A DNA stretch of 64,000 bases from Bacillota bacterium. Lineage in GTDB: Bacteria > Bacillota > UBA5301 > Bu52. The stretch is from NCBI GenBank assembly GCA_014896355.1, contig JADBKO010000001.1, positions 2,497 through 66,496 of the forward strand. Reading direction: 5' to 3'. The notes below the pieces were generated by a model. That model was not told the origin of the DNA. It did not search any database and was given only the letters and a program-made list of their open reading frames with translations. Both the position numbers and the translations under genes were made by a program. Of the stretch, positions 42,365 through 53,887 are shown piece after piece (the first letter of the stretch is position 1; every line of letters starts with the position of its first letter).

Positions 42365-42943
42365 ATGGGGGATCTGGAGGTCCTGTACGGCCCACCGGAG
42401 GCGGAAGAAGATCAGGACCCGCTGTGGCGGGCGTGGATGGAGGCAGCGGTCCGCTCGGGAGTCCAAACCGTTCTGGAACGTTACGGCAACGGCGCTCAAG
42501 CGGCGGCTGCGCCCGCTTGGCTGCAGGGAGCCTGCCGATTGTTGCAGGGTCCCGGCCTGCTGCAGGTCAGCCTCAGTGTGGCGGGGGAAAAGGAGATGCA
42601 GGCCCTGAACCGCGCCTACCGGGGGGTGGATGCCCCTACGGATGTGTTGTCTTTTCCCATGTTCAGCCGCGCCGAGCTGGAGTCGTGGGCTGCGGCGTTT
42701 GCCCAGCCGGAAGACCACGGCGCGGAAGCCGTGCCCATTTCCCTGGGGGATGTGGTGGTCTGCCAGCCGGTGGCCGTGCGCCAGGCCGAGTCCTACGGCC
42801 ATTCCCTGCCCCGAGAGGTGGTTTTTTTGACAGTCCATGGCCTGCTGCACCTGCTGGGGTTTGATCACGAGGATCCTGGCGGCGAGAACGAGATGTTCAG
42901 CCTGCAAGAGGCGGCCTTGGCCAGACTGGGGCTGGGAAGATGA
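42365..42943 (+). CDS. ybeY: rRNA maturation RNase YbeY
   Basis: LNRAYRG.D.PTDVLSFP, HGLLHLLGFDH. Confidence 0.94.
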   Translation: MGDLEVLYGPPEAEEDQDPLWRAWMEAAVRSGVQTVLERYGNGAQAAAAPAWLQGACRLLQGPGLLQVSLSVAGEKEMQALNRAYRGVDAPTDVLSFPMFSRAELESWAAAFAQPEDHGAEAVPISLGDVVVCQPVAVRQAESYGHSLPREVVFLTVHGLLHLLGFDHEDPGGENEMFSLQEAALARLGLGR

Positions 42944-43314
42944 AAAGCCCGAATTTACGGGCCAGTTTCGGCTTCGCCAGGGACGGGCTGCGTTGGGCCT
43001 GGGGGCACGAACGAAACTTCCGCATCCATACCCTGGCAGCCACCTTAAGCATCCTTGCCGGGGGCTATTTCGGCCTTTCGCGTTGGGAATGGCTGGCGCT
43101 GGCGGCAGCCATCACCCAGGTGATGGTTGCGGAACTCTTGAACACCGCCGTGGAGAATGTGGTGGATTTGGCTTCCCCACAGGTTCACCCGCTGGCCCGG
43201 GTGGCCAAAAACGTGGCGGCGGCTGCGGTTTTGCTCAGCGCTTTTTTCGCGGTGGCCGTGGGGTATGTCCTTTTCGCGCCCCGGCTGTGGCTGCTGTGGC
43301 AGCCCGGCCGCTGA
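42940..43314 (+). CDS. dgkA: Diacylglycerol/undecaprenol kinase family
   Basis: ERNFRIH, ELLNTAVENVVDL, AKNVAAAAVL. Confidence 0.92.
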   Translation: MKSPNLRASFGFARDGLRWAWGHERNFRIHTLAATLSILAGGYFGLSRWEWLALAAAITQVMVAELLNTAVENVVDLASPQVHPLARVAKNVAAAAVLLSAFFAVAVGYVLFAPRLWLLWQPGR

Positions 43315-43316
43315 GC

Positions 43317-43559
43317 GTGGGAAAGCTCCCGGCATGGGTATGGCTGGCAGGAGTCCTGCTGCTATTGGCGAATTTGACATTTTTGGGCCATTGGCTGGGA
43401 TGGTCCCGAGGGCCAGGCGAGCTGCGGCCTGGAGACGCGGTCCGTATGAGCGCCCTGGCATCGCTGTCTTACTACGGGGATTACGCAGCCCGGAGCGGCG
43501 CGGCCGGGGATCGGTGGGAGGAAGGCTGGGATGGAGACGGCGGGATCGGCAAATGTTAG
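43317..43559 (+). CDS. Small membrane-anchored hypothetical protein (80 aa) or gene remnant
   Basis: GTG 2 nt after dgkA stop; TM WVWLAGVLLLLANLTFLGHWLGW; fills the gap before cdd. Confidence 0.45.
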   Translation: MGKLPAWVWLAGVLLLLANLTFLGHWLGWSRGPGELRPGDAVRMSALASLSYYGDYAARSGAAGDRWEEGWDGDGGIGKC

Positions 43560-43986
43560 AGAGGAACCTTTGGACGGCCCTGATCGGGAACTGCTGGAGG
43601 CTGCGCTGCAAGCCCGGAGTCGGGCTTACGCTCCGTATTCCGGTTTCGCCGTGGGAGCGGCGGTCCGGACCGCCGACGGTCGGATCTTCGCCGCAGGCAA
43701 CATCGAAAACGCCAGCTATCCCGCCACGATCTGCGCCGAGCGGGTGGCCGCCTCGCAGGCTGTGGCTGCCGGCGTCCGGCACATTGTGGCCGTGGCGGTG
43801 GTCGCCGGAAGCCCGGGCCCTTGCGCTCCCTGCGGTGTCTGCCGCCAGTTCCTGCGGGAGTTCGGCCCACAGGCCCGCATCATCATGGCCAATCTGGAGG
43901 GCCGGGTGGAAATCCGCAGCTTGCAGGAGCTGCTTCCTTTGAGTTTCGGGCCGGGGGACCTGGGCCGGCCGGATTCAGTGGACTGA
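43531..43986 (+). CDS. cdd: Cytidine deaminase
   Basis: AYAPYSGF.VGAA, NIENASY..ICAER, PCGVCRQ. Confidence 0.95.
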   Translation: METAGSANVREEPLDGPDRELLEAALQARSRAYAPYSGFAVGAAVRTADGRIFAAGNIENASYPATICAERVAASQAVAAGVRHIVAVAVVAGSPGPCAPCGVCRQFLREFGPQARIIMANLEGRVEIRSLQELLPLSFGPGDLGRPDSVD

Positions 43987-43998
43987 TCGAGGCGGTTT

Positions 43999-45030
<1,032 letters not shown>

Positions 45031-45072
45031 GCTTTTGACGGCGGGACGCCCCCAGCGGGAGGGCCCCGGTGA

Positions 45073-46235
<1,163 letters not shown>

Positions 46236-46304
46236 CTTGCTGCTGTTTGGCCTGTCCGCCAGTTTGGGAACTCTATCGCAAGAAGGACCGGAGGGGATGT
46301 CATA

Positions 46305-46604
46305 GTGGTGCCATTAGCGGCAGCCCAGCCCGCCGCCGGGGGGACGGCGGAAATCGTATCTCTGTTGCTTCCTTTTGCCATCGTTTTTGTGATTTTCTAC
46401 TTTCTGATCATCCGGCCCCAGCAGAAGGAACAGAAAAAGCGCCAGGCTATGCTGGACGCCTTGAAAAAAGGGCAGAGGGTCATTACGGTAGGCGGCATCT
46501 TTGGAGAGATCACGGATGTGAAGGAAGATACCCTCACGTTGCGGATTGCGGACAAGGTGGAGGTCAAGACCACCCGCTCCGCTGTGAGCCAGGTTCTGAA
46601 ATAA
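46305..46604 (+). CDS. yajC: Preprotein translocase subunit YajC
   Basis: FYFLIIRPQQK, LKKGQRVITVGGIFG. Confidence 0.95.
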   Translation: MVPLAAAQPAAGGTAEIVSLLLPFAIVFVIFYFLIIRPQQKEQKKRQAMLDALKKGQRVITVGGIFGEITDVKEDTLTLRIADKVEVKTTRSAVSQVLK

Positions 46605-46671
46605 CACGGGTTGTGCGGGCCCCTGCGGGCCCCGAGGGTGAACGCGGCACGGACTCTGGGGGGAAACAGTC

Positions 46672-47901
46672 ATGAGACGAGGCACTGAGTGGCGGGTCAT
46701 CGCCACTCTGGCGGTGGTAGGGTTGTTTGCCGTGGCACTGGCCAGCCTGCCCATCAATCTGGGGCTGGACCTGCGCGGCGGGGTCCATGTGGTTCTGCAG
46801 GCCCAGCCGGAACCGGGGCATCCCATCACCCGGGACATCATGGACCGGGCCCGCAGCGTTTTGGAACAGCGGGTCAACGGCCTGGGGGTGGCGGAGCCCG
46901 TCATCCAACTGAAGGGAACCGACCAGGTGGTCGTGGACCTGCCGGGGATCAAGGACACCCGCCAGGCCGTGGAGGTCCTGGGGCAGACGGCGGTCCTGGA
47001 ATTCAAGGATCCCGACGGGAAGACCATTTTCAAGGGTGACCAGCTGGCCGACGCCATGCTCTCGGCGGACCAGTTTGGCCGTCCGGCGGTCTCTTTCAAG
47101 CTTAAGCCGGAAGGCGCCCGTAAATTCGCCCAGATGACCAGCGCCAACGTGGGCCGGCAGGCTCCCATTGTGCTGGACGGAAAGGTCATCTCCGATCCCG
47201 TCATCCAGACGGCCATCACCGGTGGAGACGGGCAGATCACCGGCAACTTCAGCATGGATGAGGCCAAACGCCTGGTGACGCTGTTACGGGCCGGCGCCCT
47301 GCCGGTGCCGCTGAAGGTGGTGGAGAACCGCAGCGTGGGGCCTTCCCTGGGCAAGGATGCGGTGGATAGCGGCATCCGCGCCGGCATCCTGGGCCTGGTC
47401 CTGGTGATCCTGTACATGATCTTCTATTACCGCCTGCCGGGGTTCGTGGCAGATGTGGCCCTGCTGCTCTACGGGGTCATGGTGCTCGGCGCCATGGCGG
47501 CCGTGCACGCCACGTTGACCTTGCCGGGCATCGCCGGCTTCATCCTCTCTCTCGGCATGGCCGTGGACGCCAACGTGCTGATCTTCGAGCGGGTCAAGGA
47601 GGAGCTGCGCAGCGGCAAGCGCCTGCGGGCAGCCATCGACGCCGGGTTCGACCGGGCGTTGCCCAGCATCCTGGACTCCAATATCACGACCCTGCTGGCA
47701 GCCGGCGTTCTGTTCTACTTCGGCACCGGCAGCATCCGGGGCTTTGCTGTGACCCTGGGCATTGGCGTGATTTTGAGCATGTTCAGCGCCATCACGGTGA
47801 CGAAGGTGTTCCTGAACCTGATCGTGGACCGGGATCCCGACCGCTATGTGCGGCTGTTCGGCTTTGAACCTGTCACGGCCCGGCCAAAGGAGGCGCGCTG
47901 A
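46672..47901 (+). CDS. secD: Protein translocase subunit SecD
   Basis: LGLDLRGG, GALPVPL, TLPGIAG, AVDANVLIFER. Confidence 0.96.
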   Translation: MRRGTEWRVIATLAVVGLFAVALASLPINLGLDLRGGVHVVLQAQPEPGHPITRDIMDRARSVLEQRVNGLGVAEPVIQLKGTDQVVVDLPGIKDTRQAVEVLGQTAVLEFKDPDGKTIFKGDQLADAMLSADQFGRPAVSFKLKPEGARKFAQMTSANVGRQAPIVLDGKVISDPVIQTAITGGDGQITGNFSMDEAKRLVTLLRAGALPVPLKVVENRSVGPSLGKDAVDSGIRAGILGLVLVILYMIFYYRLPGFVADVALLLYGVMVLGAMAAVHATLTLPGIAGFILSLGMAVDANVLIFERVKEELRSGKRLRAAIDAGFDRALPSILDSNITTLLAAGVLFYFGTGSIRGFAVTLGIGVILSMFSAITVTKVFLNLIVDRDPDRYVRLFGFEPVTARPKEAR

Positions 47902-47904
47902 CCC

Positions 47905-48843
47905 GTGAGAATGTATTGGCTGGACCGGCTGAACATCCACCCGGTCAAACATCGCAAGATCTTTTACATCGTCACTGCCGCCTACATTACGGCGGCGCTG
48001 ATCCTCGTCTTCACCCGGGGGCTGAACCTGGGGATCGATTTCACCGGCGGCTCCCTTCTGACCCGCACCTTCACCCATCCGGTGTCGGTGGCGGCGGTGC
48101 GGGCGGCGCTGGAGTCGCCGGAGGCAGCCCAGCTGAACCTGGGCGCCGTGTCGGTGCAGTCCTCCACCCGGGACACCCTGATCATCCGCACCCGTCCCCT
48201 GAACAACCGGGATGAGGCCAAGGTGGACCAGATCCTGGCCAGCAAGGTGGCGCCGCTGGTGACGGAAAGGAGCGCCAGCGACATGGTGGGCCCGGTCATC
48301 GGCCGGCAGATGGTGGTACAAGCCATCTGGCAGGTGGCGCTGGCTTCCCTGTTCATTCTGATCTATATCGCGTTGCGCTTCGATTTCAAGTTCGGCGTGG
48401 CGGGGGTCCTCGCCCTGCTGCATGACGTCATTTTCACCCTGGGCGTTTTCGCCCTGACCCAGGAGCAGGTGAACATGCCCTTCGTGGCCGCCATGCTGAC
48501 CATCGTCGGGTATTCCATCAACGACACGGTGGTGATCTTTGACCGTATCCGGGAGAACCTGCGCATCCGCAAAAGCGTCCGCGATCTGGCGGAGATCGCG
48601 GACGACAGCATCAACCAAGCTCTGGCCCGTTCCATCAATACGGTGATGACGGTGCTCATCACGGTGCTGGTGCTGTTCATCGCCGCCGCCAGCCTGCGGG
48701 AGTTCACGCTGGCTCTGCTGTTCGGCATCACTTCCGGCGCGTACTCGTCCATTTTCATCGCCAGCCCGCTTTGGGTGGATTTCGAAGGCGGCACCCGTGC
48801 TACCGGTGGCAAGGGGGCCAAGCCTGCCAAGGCCAAAGCCTAA
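47905..48843 (+). CDS. secF: Protein translocase subunit SecF
   Basis: LGIDFTGG, ALLHDV, GYSINDTVVIFDRIRE, GAYSSIFIA. Confidence 0.96.
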   Translation: MRMYWLDRLNIHPVKHRKIFYIVTAAYITAALILVFTRGLNLGIDFTGGSLLTRTFTHPVSVAAVRAALESPEAAQLNLGAVSVQSSTRDTLIIRTRPLNNRDEAKVDQILASKVAPLVTERSASDMVGPVIGRQMVVQAIWQVALASLFILIYIALRFDFKFGVAGVLALLHDVIFTLGVFALTQEQVNMPFVAAMLTIVGYSINDTVVIFDRIRENLRIRKSVRDLAEIADDSINQALARSINTVMTVLITVLVLFIAAASLREFTLALLFGITSGAYSSIFIASPLWVDFEGGTRATGGKGAKPAKAKA

Positions 48844-48852
48844 TCCGTCCTC

Positions 48853-48894
48853 CGGCTTGGCGTGGGGGCGCAGAGGTGCCGCCACGCCAAGCCG
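48853..48894. terminator. Hairpin after secF
   Basis: 13-bp perfect inverted repeat cggcttggcgtgg / ccacgccaagccg; no T tract. Confidence 0.5.
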
Positions 48895-49023
48895 TGCGCT
48901 TACGCTTCCGGGTTCGCCGGGTGCCCGGGCCCCGCCCCGGGCCGCATATCCCCCGGAGATTCAGGATAGTCTAAGCCTCGCTGGGAAGGCCGGCCAGTGC
49001 TCTTGAAACGGGGGGGGAGCGCT

Positions 49024-49347
49024 GTGAACGGTCGCAAACCCTGGCAAGGCTTGTTTTTTCTCCTGGGAGCCGGGCTTTTGGCCCGGGACGTGGCGCGGGG
49101 ACTGGCTCAGGTGCTGCTGCAGGAGGGCGAAAAAAGCAAGGAAAGCCTGCGTCAGCGCATGGCCTATGGGCAGGAGGAGTCCCTGTCCGCTGGCCAGGAA
49201 ATCCGCCGCATGTTGGAGTCCGTGGGCCAGTCGGCGCTGGGCCGGATGGGGCTGGTGAAAAAGGCCGAAGTGGACCGGCTGGTGGCGCGCATCGAGGCTT
49301 TGGAAGAGCAAGCCCGCCAGCATGTTCCGGAGGGGCCGAAGGACTGA
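49024..49347 (+). CDS. Second phasin-like coiled-coil protein
   Basis: FFLLGAGLL start; C-terminal GRMGLVKKAEVDRLVARIEALE, similar to 7775-8083. Confidence 0.6.
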   Translation: MNGRKPWQGLFFLLGAGLLARDVARGLAQVLLQEGEKSKESLRQRMAYGQEESLSAGQEIRRMLESVGQSALGRMGLVKKAEVDRLVARIEALEEQARQHVPEGPKD

Positions 49348-49454
49348 TCCATCCATGTCGCTAGGGCAGGCGAGGCGCCGGGCGGCCCGCTACGGGCTCA
49401 GAATGGGGGCGCCAGGCTGCCGGGAAGCCCCCGGGTGAGGCGCTCCGGGTTCGG

Positions 49455-49613
49455 ATGGCAGGCTTGGTGGTGCTGCATATCGGCGGTGTTCTGGCCGGGA
49501 TGGGAGGCGGCTGGCTCCGCTGGGACGGGGTGGCCCAGGCCGGGATGGTCTTGTGGGCCGTCACGGCGGGGGCCATCGGCTGGATCGTCCTCTTTTCGCG
49601 GCGCAGGCCCTAG
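49455..49613 (+). CDS. Small two-TM hypothetical protein (52 aa), not in the ORF track
   Basis: MAGLVVLHIGGVLAGMGGGWLRWDGVAQAGMVLWAVTAGAIGWIVLFSRRRP*; mostly G/C third positions; basic tail. Confidence 0.45.
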   Translation: MAGLVVLHIGGVLAGMGGGWLRWDGVAQAGMVLWAVTAGAIGWIVLFSRRRP

Positions 49614-49741
49614 CTCCCACGCCGTGGGGCGGAGGGTATCCGACGCCTTGCCCGCCGCCACGCCTGCCCTCTAACCCCCACGCGAGGGGCGGCGGAGGAG
49701 ATCGGCGCTTCCTGCCGAATTCCAGCACAGGAGGTGCCCCC

Positions 49742-50179
49742 ATGCAGTTCTACCTGGTGCTGGCCCTGGTCTTCGCCTTGGGCGTGGCCGTCTTCGCCGT
49801 GCAAAACGCCGGGCCTGTGCAGGTCCGGTTCTTCGGCTGGCATTTTGAAACCTCTCTGGTGGCAGTGATTCTGGGCTCGGCGCTGGCCGGCGCCTGCATC
49901 GTGGCTCTGGTGGGCCTGTTCAAGCAGGTGCAGATGGTCTGGCAGTTGCGTGGCGCCCGCAGCCGCATCAGCCAGCTGGAGGGGGACGTGCAGAAGTGGA
50001 AGGCCGCCGCGGCTACGGCTGTGGCTCTGCACGTTGGGGCCCAGCCCGCAGGCCAGGGGTCGGAGATTCCCCCGCCGTGGAATGCAGTAAAACCGCCGGC
50101 GTCTACAGCTGCGGAGGGGGAGGCCGGGGATAACGGACCCGAAGATCCGCGGGGGAGTAGACGGGGGGGCTCCTTATGA
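49742..50179 (+). CDS. LapA/DUF1049 family membrane protein
   Basis: VAVFAVQNAGPVQVRFFGW..SLVAVILGSALAG; coiled-coil tail. Confidence 0.85.
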   Translation: MQFYLVLALVFALGVAVFAVQNAGPVQVRFFGWHFETSLVAVILGSALAGACIVALVGLFKQVQMVWQLRGARSRISQLEGDVQKWKAAAATAVALHVGAQPAGQGSEIPPPWNAVKPPASTAAEGEAGDNGPEDPRGSRRGGSL

Positions 50180-53100
50180 AGGGGGCAGCAGCCTGGACAA
50201 GCCCCACCCTGCGCCCTGGGTCCCCCGGCACCGACACACCGGGCTCGTACGGGCCCTCTGGTGTGTGGCGGATCCAGCCGCGGCCGCCGCAGGCGCAGGT
50301 CCTGGCGCAGGAAATGGGGGTCTCCCCGGTCCTGGCCGCACTGTTGTGGCAGCGGGGCATCCGCAGCGCCGCCGACGGTCGCGCTTTCCTTTCTCCGGAT
50401 TGGAGCCAGATCACCCGTCCCTGGGATATCCCCGGCATGGAGCAGGCCGTGGAGCAGGTGGCCGGGGCCATCTCCCGCCGGGAGCCCATTTGGGTGTACG
50501 GGGACTACGACGTGGACGGCGTCACCAGTGTCTCGTTGCTCTTGCCGGTGTTGCAAGCGCTGGGGGCGCGGGCGGAATTCTATATTCCCAACCGTATGGA
50601 CGAGGGCTACGGCGTGCACGCCGCAGCGGTGGAAGAAGCGGCCAGGCGGGGTGTGCGCCTGCTCATCACGGTGGATTGCGGCATCTCCGCCCGGGCAGAG
50701 GTCGCTCTGGCCCGGGAGCGCGGGCTGGATGTGGTGGTGACGGACCATCATCAGCTGCCTTCGCAGCTGCCGGAGGCCGTGGTGGCCAGCCCCCAGTTCC
50801 TGCCTGCGGCGCACCCGGCCCGCAATCTGAGCGGCGTCGGCGTGGCTTTGAAGCTGGTTCAGGGGTTGACGGAACGGCTGGCGCCGCAGCGGGCCGGGGA
50901 GCTGTGGCGCCAACGCCTGGCTTTGGTGGCCCTGGGCACCGTGGCCGATGTGGTTCCTTTGCTGGGAGAAAACCGGACCCTGGTGGCCTTGGGCCTGGAG
51001 CAGTTTCATCATGGGCTGGCGGGCCCGGGCCTGGACGCCCTGGCCAGGGTCGCCGGCCGGGAGCCGCAGCAGCTTACCGCCAGGGACCTGGCCTTTGCCT
51101 TGGCGCCCCGGCTCAATGCCGCCGGCCGCCTGGCAGACGCGGCCGCGGGGGTGCGGTTGCTGCTGACCCGGGATGCGGCGGAGGCGGCGGAGCTGGCAGA
51201 GGAGCTGGACCAAACCAACGGGCGGCGTCAGGATCTGGAGCAGGAGGTCCTGGCTCAGGCGGAACAGGCCATTGCGGAGCAATGCCCACCTGCGGAGAAC
51301 CGGGTCCTGGTGGTGGCAGGCGAGGGGTGGCACGCCGGGGTCATCGGTATTGTGGCTTCACGGTTGGTGGAACGCCATGCCCGTCCCGTGGTGGTCATCA
51401 CCCTGGAAGGGGAGCGGGGCCATGGCTCCGGGCGCTCTGTGCCGGGGTGGGATTTCGGCCGGGCACTGGCCGATTGTTCACCTCTGCTGGAGCGTTTTGG
51501 CGGCCATGCCATGGCCGGGGGTCTCACTTTGCCAAGAGAGAATATCCCGCAGTTCCGGGCCCGCATCAATGAACTGGCTGCTGCCAGCCTTCCTTGGGAA
51601 GAGCTCGTGCCTCATCTGGATGCGGACCTGGCGTTGGATTGGCCGGAATTGACGCTGGATCTGGCCCGGGAGATCGCCGGGCTGGAACCCTTCGGCAGCG
51701 GCAATCCGGAGCCTGTATTCGTGCTTCCTCCGGCGGTCTGCCTGGGGGCGCGCCCCGTGGGGCGCGAAGGCCGCCATCTGCAGCTGCAGGTGGCGAGCCC
51801 CGGGGGGAACTCGGGAAACCCGGAGCCTTTACGGGCCATCGCCTTCGGCCGGGGCGATTTGGCTTCTCTGCTGGACTCCGCCGGTAATCTTGTACAGCTG
51901 GCTGGGTGCCTGCGGGTTGACCGCTGGCAGGACCGGGAATCTCTGGAGATCCGGGTGTTGGACCTGCAATGGCCGGCTGCGGCGGCACATTCCGGGATGG
52001 GTGTCGGAGAGGCTGAAGGCGCCGCGGTGGAGGTGCGCGGCGGCCGTGCCGTCAATCCGGGCGGGCAGCGGTCCAACCCCGGCTCATCCGCGGCCACCCC
52101 GCACGGGCCCTTGCTGGCGGCGCCCGTGGCCTTCCTGACGGAGGTAGCAGCTTCCGCGTGGGCTTCCCGGCAGGCGATGGAGAAGGACGTGGCGGTGGTC
52201 AGCGGCTATCTGCCGCCAGCGCGGCGGGATTGGATATGGCGGCAATGGCAGGCAGGCCGTTTGCCCTTCTTGGCCGTCACCGAAGCGGTGCTGGAGGAGA
52301 TCCACCGACGGGATCCTGTCCTTTGGGCCCGGCTGCAGCCCTCCGGATGGGACGGGCCCCGCAGCACGGCGTCGGTCCCGGCTGGGCTCGGGCAGGACGG
52401 GGCGGAAGTGCCGGTACAGGACGGGCGGTTCCAGGATTCCTTGTCCGTGCCTATGGATGGGGGAGGACCTGTATCGCCGCCGCACCTGCCGGAGTGGGAG
52501 AAGGGATTTTTCCATCCGGATGCCGCCAGGGTCGCCGGCCTGCTGACGGGCGGAGACGAACAGGAAAGCCGGCCGGGAGAGGTGTTCTCTCTGACACGCC
52601 TGCCCTGGAACGCCACAGAGTGGGGGTGGCTGGCTGCCGCCGCCCGTCGCCGGCGGAAGGCGGTGGCCCTGGCCTACGGCCACGATGCTCTGGAACGTCA
52701 GCTGCAGTTTCTGGCAGCGCTGGCGCCTCATGCCGAAGGCCTTCGCCAGCTTTACCGGAGCCTGCGTTCATACGGCGTCCCGGCCGGCAGCCCCTGGCAG
52801 TGGCAAGCCTGCTGGGAGGACTTGGTGCCCCTGATCTTCGGCGCCTGGCAGACCTCCTGTGGCTACCTCTGGAAGGAAGCCATCGGCTCGTTGCGGTTAA
52901 GCCCATGGCGGTCCTGGCTGGAGTCGGCGCGTTGGGCTGCGTCCTTCCAACCCTGCCCGGCCTCGCCCCAGGGCCGGGACCGCGCTTTGCGGCTTTTCTG
53001 GCGGCGGGCCCTGGGCATCTGGGAGGAGCTGGGCCTGTGCAGCTGCACGCCGCAGGGAGTGGAATTCCGTCCTGTCCGGTACAAGCTGGACTTGCGTACC

Positions 53101-53244
53101 GCTGTTGGTTATAATGAAGGAGAACGGGAAAAACAGGCGTTCTTGTCCTTTTTCCCTGCAGCAGTGGCAGCGCCGGCGGAACAGTTGTGGACCGTGGCGG
53201 CAAGGCAGAAAAACGCCCTCGGAAGCCAGGCCTTCCCCGGGTAG
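50176..53244 (+). CDS. recJ: ssDNA exonuclease RecJ with long C-terminal extension
   Basis: [53 protein letters not shown]. Confidence 0.95.
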   Translation: MKGAAAWTSPTLRPGSPGTDTPGSYGPSGVWRIQPRPPQAQVLAQEMGVSPVLAALLWQRGIRSAADGRAFLSPDWSQITRPWDIPGMEQAVEQVAGAISRREPIWVYGDYDVDGVTSVSLLLPVLQALGARAEFYIPNRMDEGYGVHAAAVEEAARRGVRLLITVDCGISARAEVALARERGLDVVVTDHHQLPSQLPEAVVASPQFLPAAHPARNLSGVGVALKLVQGLTERLAPQRAGELWRQRLALVALGTVADVVPLLGENRTLVALGLEQFHHGLAGPGLDALARVAGREPQQLTARDLAFALAPRLNAAGRLADAAAGVRLLLTRDAAEAAELAEELDQTNGRRQDLEQEVLAQAEQAIAEQCPPAENRVLVVAGEGWHAGVIGIVASRLVERHARPVVVITLEGERGHGSGRSVPGWDFGRALADCSPLLERFGGHAMAGGLTLPRENIPQFRARINELAAASLPWEELVPHLDADLALDWPELTLDLAREIAGLEPFGSGNPEPVFVLPPAVCLGARPVGREGRHLQLQVASPGGNSGNPEPLRAIAFGRGDLASLLDSAGNLVQLAGCLRVDRWQDRESLEIRVLDLQWPAAAAHSGMGVGEAEGAAVEVRGGRAVNPGGQRSNPGSSAATPHGPLLAAPVAFLTEVAASAWASRQAMEKDVAVVSGYLPPARRDWIWRQWQAGRLPFLAVTEAVLEEIHRRDPVLWARLQPSGWDGPRSTASVPAGLGQDGAEVPVQDGRFQDSLSVPMDGGGPVSPPHLPEWEKGFFHPDAARVAGLLTGGDEQESRPGEVFSLTRLPWNATEWGWLAAAARRRRKAVALAYGHDALERQLQFLAALAPHAEGLRQLYRSLRSYGVPAGSPWQWQACWEDLVPLIFGAWQTSCGYLWKEAIGSLRLSPWRSWLESARWAASFQPCPASPQGRDRALRLFWRRALGIWEELGLCSCTPQGVEFRPVRYKLDLRTAVGYNEGEREKQAFLSFFPAAVAAPAEQLWTVAARQKNALGSQAFPG
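53087..53115 (+). promoter_or_regulatory. Internal sigmaA promoter in the recJ 3' end for apt-rel-dtd
   Basis: TGGACT-N17-TATAAT, an AT-rich spot in GC-rich coding sequence. Confidence 0.55.
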
Positions 53245-53305
53245 CTTTAGGCAGGCCGCCCAGTCCCCTGTTTACGCCGCCTTTTCTTGGAAGGAGAACA
53301 CCGCC

Positions 53306-53842
53306 ATGGAGACGCTGAACGCCGCCGACCTCCGCGCCAAAATCCGGGAAATTCCCGATTTTCCGCGGCCCGGGGTGAATTTCAAGGATATCACGACATT
53401 GATGAAGGATGCCGAGGCCTTTCACCAGGTAGTGGAGGCCATGGCCGGGCACTATCGCGGCAGCCAGATTGATATGGTGGTGGGCGTGGAGTCCAGGGGA
53501 TTTCTTTTTGGTGCGCCTTTGGCCTATGCATTGGGCACAGGGTTCGTGTTGATCCGCAAGCCGGGCAAGTTGCCTGCTCCTACAGTGAGAGTGGAATATC
53601 AACTGGAATACGGGACCGATGCCCTGGAATTGCACAAAGATGCGCTAAAGCCCGGACAGAGGGTGCTCATCGTGGATGACTTGCTGGCCACCGGCGGCAC
53701 CATCTCCGCCGCCATCGACCTGGTGCACCAGCTGCAGGCCCAGGTGGTGGGGGTGGCGTTTCTCATTGAATTGGAATTCTTGCGCGGGAGGGAGAAGCTG
53801 GCCGGAGTCCCCGTCTTCAGCCTGGTGAAGTACGAAGCGTGA
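53306..53842 (+). CDS. apt: Adenine phosphoribosyltransferase
   Basis: [36 protein letters not shown]. Confidence 0.97.
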   Translation: METLNAADLRAKIREIPDFPRPGVNFKDITTLMKDAEAFHQVVEAMAGHYRGSQIDMVVGVESRGFLFGAPLAYALGTGFVLIRKPGKLPAPTVRVEYQLEYGTDALELHKDALKPGQRVLIVDDLLATGGTISAAIDLVHQLQAQVVGVAFLIELEFLRGREKLAGVPVFSLVKYEA

Positions 53843-53887
53843 ACGGGCAGCCCGGGCGGGAGTATGTTGGATGTGGCAGGAGGACTG

